A stretch of DNA of 64,000 nucleotides. It comes from an uncultured Haloferula sp. (GTDB lineage: Bacteria > Verrucomicrobiota > Verrucomicrobiia > Verrucomicrobiales > Akkermansiaceae). How positions within the stretch are numbered: the first letter of the stretch is position 1; the number at the start of each line of letters is the position of its first letter. The stretch is taken from contig CBFGTS010000001.1 in NCBI GenBank assembly GCA_965652295.1, forward strand, positions 160,001 to 224,000, in the 5' to 3' direction. The notes below the pieces were generated by a model. It saw only the letters and a program-made list of their open reading frames with translations. It did no database searches and was not told the DNA's origin. This document shows positions 8,442 to 17,146 of the stretch, one piece after another. The translations under genes and the position numbers were made by a program.

Positions 8442-11400
8442 ATGAAGCTGCTCGCCTCCGCCGTTCTGGCGCTATCCACGTTTTCCCAAGCCCAGACGGT
8501 TCTATTTGAAGACACCTTCGATCGCGCTGATTCACGAAACATCGATCTCTCCCTGCTGGGCGTCACCGATGCCACCGGCTCGGCGCTGCCCGTCGACGGT
8601 GTCTATAGCCATGGATTCATCGATCCGGCGAATGAAACCAGCGGTCCCGACGGCATCGCGACCAACGGTGGTGGGGCAGGGATTTCAGGAAACCGATTGA
8701 ACCTGGCGGACGGCTCCGGGACCTCGAACGCCTACATCAACCACAACTTCACCAACGCCGAGATCCTCGCGGCGGGTGGCTTCGAAGTGAGCGTGGCGGT
8801 CACGGGCGTTTCGCAGACCTCCAGCGAACAGGGCGGTGGGTTCGCGATCGGCATGACCGCCGCGCAGGCGGCCGACACCGGAGATGCTTACAGCGGGCAG
8901 GGGAGCAGCGACGGTCTCCGGAAAATGACCGATGGCCTCGGGAACTTGGCATCGGGTGGAGCGGTCTCCGATTTCTGGGTGGTGCTGCGCGCGGATGCGA
9001 CCGTGGCGTGGGGCGGGGCGGGGAACCAGGCTCCCTTTGGCACGGCAAGCGTGGCCGCGAAAACGGGGACGATCTCCGCCCGTTTCGAGCTGACCAGCTT
9101 CGCCGCGGGTTCCGAGGTGATCTACTTCGTCTTCTACGATGGCGGGCAGATCGGGTCCGGAAGCTTCATGTGGGACGATGGCGGCGCGAACCACATCGGA
9201 CTCGATGCGCGGGACTCTTCGGCGGTTTCGTTCGATGATCTCAGGATCTCTATCTTGGGCGGGACTCCTCCGGTGGCGTCCCTATCTTCCTCGGTGCTGG
9301 TCGTTCCAAAGGACCATCCCGCCACCCCGGTGACGCTGAGCTGGAGCGGCGAAAACCTGCCGCCGGGGACGACCTATGAAATCGAGGCCACTCCCCCCGC
9401 GGTGTTTCCGAACGGTGGCCAGGCCGGTTCCGCCGACGGAGGTTCAGGTACGGTGGACGCCGTAGTCGATGGCACGCAGGGTGACACGGAATTCACCCTG
9501 CGGTTCCTGAATGGCACCGGGGAGATTGCGAGTGCGACGGTCGTCGTCCGCCGCCACCGGACGAATGTCGTGCTGATCCTGATGGACGACATGGGCTTCT
9601 CCGATTTCGGCTGCTACGGGTCCGAGATCCGCACGCCGGCGATCGATTCGCTGGCCGAGCACGGCATCCGCTACCGGAATTTCTACAACACCGCGCGCTG
9701 CTCCACCACCCGCTGTGCGCTGCTTTCCGGGCTCTACACCCACCAGGTGGGCGATCCTCCGGGTGCCTCACTTCCTCCTTATCGGGAGGACAACAATGTC
9801 TCGATCGCCGAGCTGCTTTCGACCACCGGATACCGCCGCTACATGACCGGAAAATGGCACTCGGGCACCGGTGACGCCCGCTCGCCGATCGGCCGGGGGT
9901 TCCAGCATATCTTCGGGCAAACCAGTGGCGGGAATTTCCCCCACAACCAGGTCAGCGGCGGCAACCAGAACTCGTTCTGGAACACCGCGAACTTCGGCTT
10001 TTACTCGGAAAACAACGAGATCCCGTCGATCGACTGGAGCGGCACGCAGTTCCATCAAACCACGGGCATCGGCGAGTACGCGGTGGACTTCATCGATCAT
10101 CACCTCGCCAAAAACGACGGTGCGCCCTTCTTCCTCTACATCCCCTTCAACGCGCAGCACTGGCCGGTGAACGCGCCCGCGGCGATGGCGGATCGCTACA
10201 CGAATGCCGGCGATCCGACGCCCGAGGGGATCACCGCGAACGGTGGCGAGGACGGCGGCGATTACTATCAGTATGAAGCCGGTTGGGACCAGGTGCGGGC
10301 CGAGCGTTTGGCGAAGCAGAAGGCGACCGGGGTCCTGCCATCGCTGACGGCTCTCTCGCCCCGGAGCCCGGCGATCAACTCGGACGGCACGGACAACCCG
10401 GACCCAAGCATCATCGTGGACATCCCTGCGTGGGACACCCTCGGCGCGTCGCGTCAGACCGATCTCGCGCGACGCATGGCGGTCTACGCGGCGATGCTGG
10501 AAATGGTCGACGACAACATCAGGAAAGTGGTCGATCACCTGGAGGCGAACAACCTGCTGGACGATACGATCATTTTCATCCTCGCCGACAATGGTGGGAA
10601 CTATGAGGGCGGCCTCTACGGTCGCACCCACGGCACGATCAATGCCGCGCCGGTGACCGGCACCGCGAATCTCGCCGCGATGGGCCAGCCCGGCACGCCC
10701 GATCTTAGGCTCGGCGGTGGCTGGGCGAACGTGAACAACACGCCGTTCCGCCTCTTCAAGCACTACCAGCATGAGGGTGGAATCCGCACGCCCTGCATCA
10801 TCCACTGGCCTGCCGGCATCACGTCGCCCGGCCGCTGGATCGATGACCGCGGTCATCTGATCGACATCATGGCGACCATTTCCGAAGTCACCGATACGCC
10901 ATGGCCGGGAACCTGGCCGGGCCGCACCTTGTTGCCGTGGGAGGGCGAGTCGCTGGTGCCGCATTTCAAACCGGAGACCGTCGACGATTTCCCGGAGCGG
11001 TCGATCGGCTTCGAGCACGAGAGCAACCGCGCGTGGTTCAAGGGGAATTACAAGTTCGTGACGAAGCACTTCTCCTACCCCGATGGATCTTCACCTCAGA
11101 ACGAGCTGGAGCTGTATGACCTCAGCGTCGATCCCACCGAATTGAACAACCTGGCGGCGAGCAAGCCCGTGGTGCTCGCCGGGATGGTCGAGGAGTGGAA
11201 CGAGTGGGCGATCCATGTGGGAGTTCCGTCCAACCGGCTGCTGCTTCCGCCCGTGCCACAGGTGGATCCCGCGCCGTTGGCTGCGGATCTTTTCGTCGAT
11301 ACGTTCAACCGGGACAACGCGCTGGATCACGACGCTGCGGGTGGCGGCATGACGGGCTCGCTGGTGCCGCCGCTGGGTGCCACGACAGCCTACTACGATT

Positions 11401-12389
11401 CCTGGGAAGAAGGTTCGACGGAGGTCGCATCGAACAACCTGATCATGGCGGGCGGCACCGGCATGTCGGAAATGGCGGTGCAGCACAACTTCGTCGATCC
11501 CGCCATTCTCGCAGCGGGGGGCTTCTCGGTGCAGGTGAGGATCGATGAGATCAACTCCGCCGGCGGTGACGAGGCGAACCGCTTCGCTGGCATCGCACTG
11601 GGCCTCAACGCCGCGGAGGCACAGAACTCGAATGATATCGGCATCTCGGGTTCATTCCGCGGTACACCGGGAACGGTCGCTGGCACCGCCGATGCCTTCG
11701 TGGAACTCGATCAGAACGGCAACGTGAAGTGCTGGGTGGGCGGCGTGGTGGTGGAAACCGTCCCGGTCGGTGCCATTCGCGGAACCTTGCTAGTTTCCTG
11801 CGAAACCGGCTCGTTCGAGGCGGGGAGCACGGCGACCTTGAATGTTTTTTTCGAAGGCGAGCCGGTGCTTTCCCGCAGCTTCACGTGGAGCCAGGCGAAC
11901 GAGAATCACATCGGCCTGAGCGCCCGGGCGAGCGGCTATGTGAAACTCGACAATCTGGCGGTCCGCACGTTGCCCCTGAGCGTTTCCCTCGCCTCGGAAT
12001 ACGCGCTTTCGGCCGGGCTTGCCGGAGCGGTGTCGGCACCGGATGCGGACCCCGACGGCGATGGCGATGACAATTTCCTCGAATGGCTGAAGGCTGGAAA
12101 CCCCGACGGATCGGACACCGGCACCAAGCTGCTCTCGGTGACTCCCTCGCCCGATGGCTCATTCCGCTTCAGCTACGCCCACGTCAACGATGCCGATGCC
12201 GCAGGCCTCACCTACACCTTCCGCTACTCCGCGGACCTGAGTGGCGACATCTCAAGCTGGCCCGAGTTCACGCCCGAGCCGGTTTCGTCCCAAGCGCTGG
12301 GTGATCGCCACGAGTTGCGCCTGGCCTCGCTGCCGGCGGTGCTCGCGGGTTCAAATCCGCGTTTGTTCATCGTGGTCGAGGTGGACTGA
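8442..12389 (+). CDS. Secreted multidomain sulfatase (S1/arylsulfatase family)
   Basis: Signal peptide; NVVLILMDDMG, RCSTTRCALLSG, GKWH, QHWP, ADNG, FKH..HEGGIRTP, ELYDL. Two flanking copies of a non-catalytic domain and a DPDGDG motif near the C-terminus. Confidence 0.9.
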   Translation: MKLLASAVLALSTFSQAQTVLFEDTFDRADSRNIDLSLLGVTDATGSALPVDGVYSHGFIDPANETSGPDGIATNGGGAGISGNRLNLADGSGTSNAYINHNFTNAEILAAGGFEVSVAVTGVSQTSSEQGGGFAIGMTAAQAADTGDAYSGQGSSDGLRKMTDGLGNLASGGAVSDFWVVLRADATVAWGGAGNQAPFGTASVAAKTGTISARFELTSFAAGSEVIYFVFYDGGQIGSGSFMWDDGGANHIGLDARDSSAVSFDDLRISILGGTPPVASLSSSVLVVPKDHPATPVTLSWSGENLPPGTTYEIEATPPAVFPNGGQAGSADGGSGTVDAVVDGTQGDTEFTLRFLNGTGEIASATVVVRRHRTNVVLILMDDMGFSDFGCYGSEIRTPAIDSLAEHGIRYRNFYNTARCSTTRCALLSGLYTHQVGDPPGASLPPYREDNNVSIAELLSTTGYRRYMTGKWHSGTGDARSPIGRGFQHIFGQTSGGNFPHNQVSGGNQNSFWNTANFGFYSENNEIPSIDWSGTQFHQTTGIGEYAVDFIDHHLAKNDGAPFFLYIPFNAQHWPVNAPAAMADRYTNAGDPTPEGITANGGEDGGDYYQYEAGWDQVRAERLAKQKATGVLPSLTALSPRSPAINSDGTDNPDPSIIVDIPAWDTLGASRQTDLARRMAVYAAMLEMVDDNIRKVVDHLEANNLLDDTIIFILADNGGNYEGGLYGRTHGTINAAPVTGTANLAAMGQPGTPDLRLGGGWANVNNTPFRLFKHYQHEGGIRTPCIIHWPAGITSPGRWIDDRGHLIDIMATISEVTDTPWPGTWPGRTLLPWEGESLVPHFKPETVDDFPERSIGFEHESNRAWFKGNYKFVTKHFSYPDGSSPQNELELYDLSVDPTELNNLAASKPVVLAGMVEEWNEWAIHVGVPSNRLLLPPVPQVDPAPLAADLFVDTFNRDNALDHDAAGGGMTGSLVPPLGATTAYYDSWEEGSTEVASNNLIMAGGTGMSEMAVQHNFVDPAILAAGGFSVQVRIDEINSAGGDEANRFAGIALGLNAAEAQNSNDIGISGSFRGTPGTVAGTADAFVELDQNGNVKCWVGGVVVETVPVGAIRGTLLVSCETGSFEAGSTATLNVFFEGEPVLSRSFTWSQANENHIGLSARASGYVKLDNLAVRTLPLSVSLASEYALSAGLAGAVSAPDADPDGDGDDNFLEWLKAGNPDGSDTGTKLLSVTPSPDGSFRFSYAHVNDADAAGLTYTFRYSADLSGDISSWPEFTPEPVSSQALGDRHELRLASLPAVLAGSNPRLFIVVEVD

Positions 12390-12417
12390 GCGGTTTTTCC
12401 GGGTTGTTCCATTGGGG

Positions 12418-12456
12418 TTCAGGGCGGTTCCGGACACGGAGCCGCCCTGAAATTTT
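12418..12456 (+). terminator. Intrinsic terminator after the sulfatase
   Basis: 15-bp stem TTCAGGGCGGTTCCG-GACA-CGGAGCCGCCCTGAA (one G-U pair) followed by ATTTT. Confidence 0.65.
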
Positions 12457-12631
12457 GCGGAGAACCCCGCGGGATCGCGGTATGTCCCGATCATCGCCTG
12501 CCGCCGAATCTCCTGCGGCGAGACGGGCGCGGACGGCGTGATTCGAGGGCCGGGTCAGCACTCATCCTTGAAAAACGCCGGACCCGCGCCCGGATCCATT
12601 GACTCCCCGGCCCTACGCGATCCCGTATGCC

Positions 12632-12810
12632 TCATCGCGGTATGCCCCGGGTTGAAATTTTCCCTAAGGTCACCTGAGAACTGAGCAGCGATGCTCGACC
12701 GGGAAACCGGTCAAGGCACAGCGGTTCGGTTCGGGACAACAAAACAAAGGGAATAGAGGGGTGGCCTAATGACTTCCGGGGGGATGTCGATGGGTCACCC
12801 CCTTTGTTTT
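12632..12810 (+). ncRNA. Candidate structured RNA (6S-like sRNA or riboswitch-like leader) with 3' terminator hairpin
   Basis: Two adjacent GNRA hairpins (12683-12696, 12697-12712) closed by nested helices; A-rich bubble; terminal hairpin with U-tract. No credible ORF. Confidence 0.5.
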
Positions 12811-12845
12811 CAGGGATTTCCGGTGTTTTCCCACCAAAACTTCCC

Positions 12846-12874
12846 TTGCCTCCCAGGCCCTCCGGCGCTATCCC
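12846..12874 (+). promoter_or_regulatory. Putative housekeeping promoter of hisG
   Basis: TTGCCT-N17-TATCCC, 11 nt before the ATG. The same pattern occurs at nuoA and the arg leader. Confidence 0.5.
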
Positions 12875-12885
12875 CGCCGCCCGCG

Positions 12886-13773
12886 ATGTCCGAGACCGCA
12901 GAGAAATCCCTCAAGCTCGCCCTGCCGAAGGGCAGCTTGCAGCAACCGACCCTCGATCTTTTCGAGAAGGCCGGCTACAACATCTATGTCTCGTCCCGCG
13001 GCTACCGGCCTTCCTCGGACGACAACGATCTCGACCTGTTCCTGATCCGTGCGCAGGAAATCGGACGCTACATCGGCCAGGGATTCATCGACTGCGGGAT
13101 CACCGGGCTCGATTGGGCATCGGAAGCCGGCAGCGAGCTGGTGGACCTCGCCGAGCTGCCGTATTCGCGCGCCACCGTCCGCCCGACGCGTTGGGTGCTC
13201 GTGGTGCCCGAGGATTCTCCGATCCGGACGCCCCAAGACCTCGAAGGAAAACGCATCGCCACTGAAGGCGTGGGCATCACCCAGCGCTACCTCGCGGAAA
13301 AAGGCATCAAGGCCGAAGTGGAATTTTCCTGGGGCGCGACCGAGGTGAAGGTCCCCGATTTGGTCGACGCCATCGTCGATGTCACCGAGACGGGGTCTTC
13401 GATCAAAGCCAACAAGCTGCGCATCGTCGATACGCTGCTGACCTCCTTCCCTCACTTCTACGCCAGTCCCGCAGCTGCGGCGGATGCCTGGAAGCGCGAG
13501 AAGATGGACCGCATCTGCATGATGCTCAAGGCGGCTCTCGACGCCCGCGACAAGGTGGGCCTCAAAATGAACCTGCCCGCCGACCGGCTCGAAGCGATGC
13601 TCCAGCGCCTGCCTTCGCTGCGGCGTCCGACCGTCTCGCAGCTCGCCGAGGACAACTGGGTGGCGGTCGAGGTCGTCATCGAGGAAAAAGTCGTCCGCCA
13701 CATCATTCCCGAGCTGAAGCAACTCGGTGCCGAAGGCATCATCGAGTATCCGCTCAACAAGCTCGTTCCCTGA
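12886..13773 (+). CDS. hisG: ATP phosphoribosyltransferase (long form)
   Basis: LKLALPKGSL, IRAQEI, DCGITGLDW, GATE, DAIVDVTETGSS, C-terminal regulatory domain (PTVSQL...GAEGII). Confidence 0.96.
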   Translation: MSETAEKSLKLALPKGSLQQPTLDLFEKAGYNIYVSSRGYRPSSDDNDLDLFLIRAQEIGRYIGQGFIDCGITGLDWASEAGSELVDLAELPYSRATVRPTRWVLVVPEDSPIRTPQDLEGKRIATEGVGITQRYLAEKGIKAEVEFSWGATEVKVPDLVDAIVDVTETGSSIKANKLRIVDTLLTSFPHFYASPAAAADAWKREKMDRICMMLKAALDARDKVGLKMNLPADRLEAMLQRLPSLRRPTVSQLAEDNWVAVEVVIEEKVVRHIIPELKQLGAEGIIEYPLNKLVP

Positions 13774-13814
13774 ATTTTCCACGCCAACAACGATAACCCC
13801 GAACCGAAACGCTC

Positions 13815-13919
13815 ATGGGATCGCTCAAAAAGCGCCGTAAGGCCAAGATCAACAAGCACAAGCGCAAGAAGCGCATGAAGCAGAACCGCCACAAGAAGCG
13901 GCTCCGCTACAAGTCCTGA
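13815..13919 (+). CDS. Small basic AURKAIP1/COX24-domain protein (bS22/mS38-like ribosomal protein)
   Basis: My translation: MGSLKKRRKAKINKHKRKKRMKQNRHKKRLRYKS* (34 aa). Below the ORF-track size cut-off. Confidence 0.85.
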   Translation: MGSLKKRRKAKINKHKRKKRMKQNRHKKRLRYKS

Positions 13920-13961
13920 CGCTTGCGTCAGCGATTGCTTGATTTGATCCAAGCAACCGAA

Positions 13962-14000
13962 ACCAGACAGGGGTCCGGGAAACCGGGTCCCTCGTTTGGT
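13962..14000 (+). terminator. Hairpin/terminator after the small basic protein gene
   Basis: GGGGTCCGG-GAAA-CCGGGTCCC stem, extendable by ACCAGAC/GTTTGGT. Confidence 0.5.
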
Positions 14001-14131
14001 GTACGGATGGTGTGGAAATTCGGACGCTCCTCTCCGGAGTCGTCGGCCGCGGATCCGGGAGAGCAGCTTTTTGGATGAGAATCCGCGGTCCTGTGGTTGT
14101 CAGGATCAGTCGGATCGCGTTGCCTTGAGCC

Positions 14132-16246
14132 GTGGGGTTTCCCGAGGGTTTTCTTTTCGGCACGGCGAACGCGGACCACCAGGTCGAGGCGCACGATCCT
14201 GAACGTGAGGACGTCTGGGATCTGTGGGAACGCAGCCAGGAATTGACGCCGCGGGGTCGGGGTACGGATTTCGAAAACCGGTACGAGGAAGACATCGCGG
14301 CGGCGGCTGCGATGGGCTGCCGTTTATTCCGTTTCTCGATCGCCTGGGCCAGGGTCGAACCGGAGTGCGGGCACTTCGATGCCGCGGCGCTGGATCATTA
14401 CCGACGGGTGGCGGAGTGCGTGAAACGCCACGGGATGGAGGTGATGGTGACCCTCCACCATTTCGTGTGGCCCCTTTGGCTGGAGCGGGATCACGGCGGT
14501 ATGATCGGCGACGCGTTCCCCGATCTGTTCTCCCGCTACGCCGACCGGGTGGCGGAGGCTCTTGACGGGGTGATTGACTGGTGGATCACCTTCAACGAGC
14601 CCAGCCAGCTGACTTTTGGCTACATCAAGCCGTGGTGGCAGAGCCGCTACTACATGCCGCCGGGGTTGCCCCGTGGGTCATCCGTCGACTCCGAAGCCGA
14701 GGCGGTGGGGAAGCTGGTGCCGAACCTGTTCCGGGCGCACGCGCGTGCCCGGCAGGCGGTCCGGCGGCGCATGCCCGGGGCGCGGGTCGGGGTGAACCCG
14801 CTGGTCACCGGCTTTCCCGGTTGGTTGCAGAGTCTCATGGACTGGGGGGCGTGTCATCGCGGTTTATCCGAGGCGCTGTTCAAGTTCACCACCCGCAGCG
14901 CCCTGGTTTCAGAGCGTTCGCAGGTGGACATCGTGATCGGTGGCATCAGCGGAGCGGATCAAACCCGTTACGAGATCAGTCATCCCTATCTCCACACCGG
15001 CAAGGCGGTGCTGGTGCGTGGGGATTTTCCCGGCTCTGGAAAGGATGGTTTGGTGGGACGGAAGGTGGGCGTCGTGGGCGTGGGAAATCAGGAGATTTCC
15101 TGGCGGCGCGATCTGCCGGAGGGTGCCCGGCGCGTCGTCCTCACCAACTACCATGAAGCGCGGCAGTGTCTCCGCGACGAGGCGGTGGACGCGATCTATG
15201 GCGATGCCTTCTATCTTCTTCCCGAGGGCTTGGAGGACGCCGGCGACTTCCGTTGGCTGTTGACCGGGCTGACCGACGAGCATTATGTCGTGGCCGCGGC
15301 CCACGGCCATGGGCGGCTCATGGCGGTGGTGAACAAGGTGGTAGCGGAGCTGCGTGGAGCTGAGGGCGTGTGGCCGGATCATCCGGGTGTGCCGGCGACC
15401 TCCCTGCATGAGGTTTTCCGAGGTGGCGACAGTCTGCCCGATCAGATGTCGAGCGCCCGTGGCGTGCGGCGGGTGAAGCGCCGGGGCCGCCTGCGGGTGG
15501 GGTTCCGCACCGATGCAGCGGGGCTTTCCTGCGATTGTCAGCAAGGCGGCACGGAGATGGAGCTGGCGCGCCGTATCGCCGAGGCCTTGCTGGGGGACCG
15601 GGAAGCGGTCGAGTTCGTCCCGCTCGAACCGGCGAAGCGCCTGGAGGTTCTCGAATCGAAGACGACCTGGTTGAACTGGGCGTGGCGGTTCTGGGGAACC
15701 ACCAGCCTCATCGCCAATGCCAACTGGTGGTATCTCGGCATGTTGGGAAGACTGCCGCGGGAGCTATGCCCCGAAGAGGCGGTCGGAGCTCAGGATTTTG
15801 TGGGGCTCGACTATTACTGGGGCCTCCCGACGTGGAAGCTGCACCGCTTCCGTTTGTTGGAGGAGGCGGCTCATGGCCGGTTCCTCAAGGCTCCGGTGTG
15901 GCCCCGGGGCCTGCGGAATGCTCTGAGACGGTTTTCCAAATGGTTTCCGGACCACGAGCTTCTCATCGTCGAGAACGGCTGTCCGCCCGAGGCCGGGGGG
16001 ATGAAACGCGGCGACTACATGGATGCCCACCTCCGGGAGGTGAAGGCGGCGCTGGCCGAGGGGATTCCGGTCCGGGCCTACAATTGGTGGTCGGTCACCT
16101 CCAACCGCGAGTGGGGGCACGCCTTCGACCCGAACACCGACTTCGGTCTCTACTTCGTCGATCTCGACAAGGACCCGGGGCTGACGCGGATCGCCACGCC
16201 GGAGACATTGCGCTATCACCAATGGATCACCGGCGGGCGCGTCTAG
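14132..16246 (+). CDS. Glycoside hydrolase family 1 with inserted solute-binding-protein (family 3) domain
   Basis: FPEGFLFGTA..HQVE, FRFSIAWAR, TLHHF, TFNEP (acid/base), DFVGLDYY, IVENG (nucleophile), WS.TSNREWG. An insert of about 250 aa lies between NEP and ENG. Confidence 0.88.
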   Translation: MGFPEGFLFGTANADHQVEAHDPEREDVWDLWERSQELTPRGRGTDFENRYEEDIAAAAAMGCRLFRFSIAWARVEPECGHFDAAALDHYRRVAECVKRHGMEVMVTLHHFVWPLWLERDHGGMIGDAFPDLFSRYADRVAEALDGVIDWWITFNEPSQLTFGYIKPWWQSRYYMPPGLPRGSSVDSEAEAVGKLVPNLFRAHARARQAVRRRMPGARVGVNPLVTGFPGWLQSLMDWGACHRGLSEALFKFTTRSALVSERSQVDIVIGGISGADQTRYEISHPYLHTGKAVLVRGDFPGSGKDGLVGRKVGVVGVGNQEISWRRDLPEGARRVVLTNYHEARQCLRDEAVDAIYGDAFYLLPEGLEDAGDFRWLLTGLTDEHYVVAAAHGHGRLMAVVNKVVAELRGAEGVWPDHPGVPATSLHEVFRGGDSLPDQMSSARGVRRVKRRGRLRVGFRTDAAGLSCDCQQGGTEMELARRIAEALLGDREAVEFVPLEPAKRLEVLESKTTWLNWAWRFWGTTSLIANANWWYLGMLGRLPRELCPEEAVGAQDFVGLDYYWGLPTWKLHRFRLLEEAAHGRFLKAPVWPRGLRNALRRFSKWFPDHELLIVENGCPPEAGGMKRGDYMDAHLREVKAALAEGIPVRAYNWWSVTSNREWGHAFDPNTDFGLYFVDLDKDPGLTRIATPETLRYHQWITGGRV

Positions 16247-16292
16247 AAAGCAGGTGGGTTGCGGATCTTTGAAATCGGCCGCATTCCCGGAC

Positions 16293-16664
16293 TCACTTCC
16301 ACGTCAGAGCACCCTTCTTGAGCGCATAGACGTAGGCGAATGCCAGAATGCCGGCGAAGCCGGAAATGCTGACCAGTGCGGTGGGATCCCCATGGTGGAC
16401 GAGGTCGCGGAACTGGACCGCCCACGGATACATGAAGACCACTTCGATGTCGAAAATGACGAAGAGCATCGCCACGAGGTAGAACTTCACGGAGAAGCGC
16501 GGAGCGCCTTCCCCGATCGGGAGCATGCCGCACTCGTAGGCGGTATCCTTCATGGCGTTGCGGCGGGCGGACTTGCCGAGGGCGACGCTGAGACCCAGGG
16601 CCACGGCCGCGAATCCCACGGCGCAGAGGATCTGGATGAAAACGGGAAGGAATTGTTCGTTCAT
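16293..16664 (-). CDS. nuoA: NADH-quinone oxidoreductase subunit A
   Basis: KDTAYECG, RFSVKFYLVAMLFVIFDIE..F.YPWA, KKGALTW. Confidence 0.95.
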   Translation of the reverse strand: MNEQFLPVFIQILCAVGFAAVALGLSVALGKSARRNAMKDTAYECGMLPIGEGAPRFSVKFYLVAMLFVIFDIEVVFMYPWAVQFRDLVHHGDPTALVSISGFAGILAFAYVYALKKGALTWK

Positions 16665-16676
16665 CGGGACGCCCGG

Positions 16677-16705
16677 GGGATAGCGGCGGGGGGTGAACGT
16701 GCCAA
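16677..16705 (-). promoter_or_regulatory. Putative promoter of nuoA
   Basis: Minus strand TTGGCA-N17-TATCCC, 12 nt before the ATG. Confidence 0.5.
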
Positions 16706-16779
16706 GCGTGAAAGCAGCCATGAGAGACCGTCGGACGGTCGTGGCGGCACCGGCTGGAGGACGGAGGCACCTCCTTTCC

Positions 16780-16814
16780 AAAAAAAAGCCCGCTTCCGGC
16801 TGACCGGAAGCGGG
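16780..16814 (-). terminator. Intrinsic terminator
   Basis: Perfect 11-bp stem CCCGCTTCCGG/CCGGAAGCGGG with a U8 tail on the minus strand. Confidence 0.85.
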
Positions 16815-16837
16815 TCTCAGGGAAAGCTTACCTAGCT

Positions 16838-17146
16838 TCAGTCCTCCTGCTGCTGAGCGATCCATTCGCTCGAGGCTTCGTGGACACGGTTCGTGCCCTT
16901 GTATTCCTTGCCGATCTTTTCGACCAGACCGCGGGTCACCAGGTTCTGAAGTTTCTCGTAAGCACGAAGGCGAAGCATTTCCTCGCCACCGCTCACGGCA
17001 TTGCGCACTTTCAGGTTCTCAAAGACGCGTTCGAAAAGGTCGTTGAAGCCAAAGACCTTGTCTTCCGCGAGGACGTTGCAGAGTTCATCCGTGACGTGAT
17101 CGGGAAGCCGGCGCGAGAACCGAGTGCGTTTCGTGGTGGTTGCCAT
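16838..17146 (-). CDS. Small hypothetical protein, possibly winged-helix DNA-binding
   Basis: 102 aa with its own terminator and AT-rich upstream region. 'EEMLRLRAYEKLQNLVTRGLVEK.GKEY' resembles a wHTH recognition helix and wing. Confidence 0.75.
   Translation of the reverse strand: MATTTKRTRFSRRLPDHVTDELCNVLAEDKVFGFNDLFERVFENLKVRNAVSGGEEMLRLRAYEKLQNLVTRGLVEKIGKEYKGTNRVHEASSEWIAQQQED

Noticed and set aside
12655..12760. Assignment of the RNA to a known riboswitch/ribozyme (ykkC-PRPP, ZTP, TPP, Moco, pistol) or SRP RNA
   Set aside because: Only 5-6-nt coincidences with the consensus sequences as I recall them; core motifs are absent.
16768..16779. CACCTCCTTTCC matching the 16S rRNA 3' tail (perfect SD on the minus strand)
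   Set aside because: No rRNA context and no suitably spaced start codon; probably chance or part of a small hairpin.
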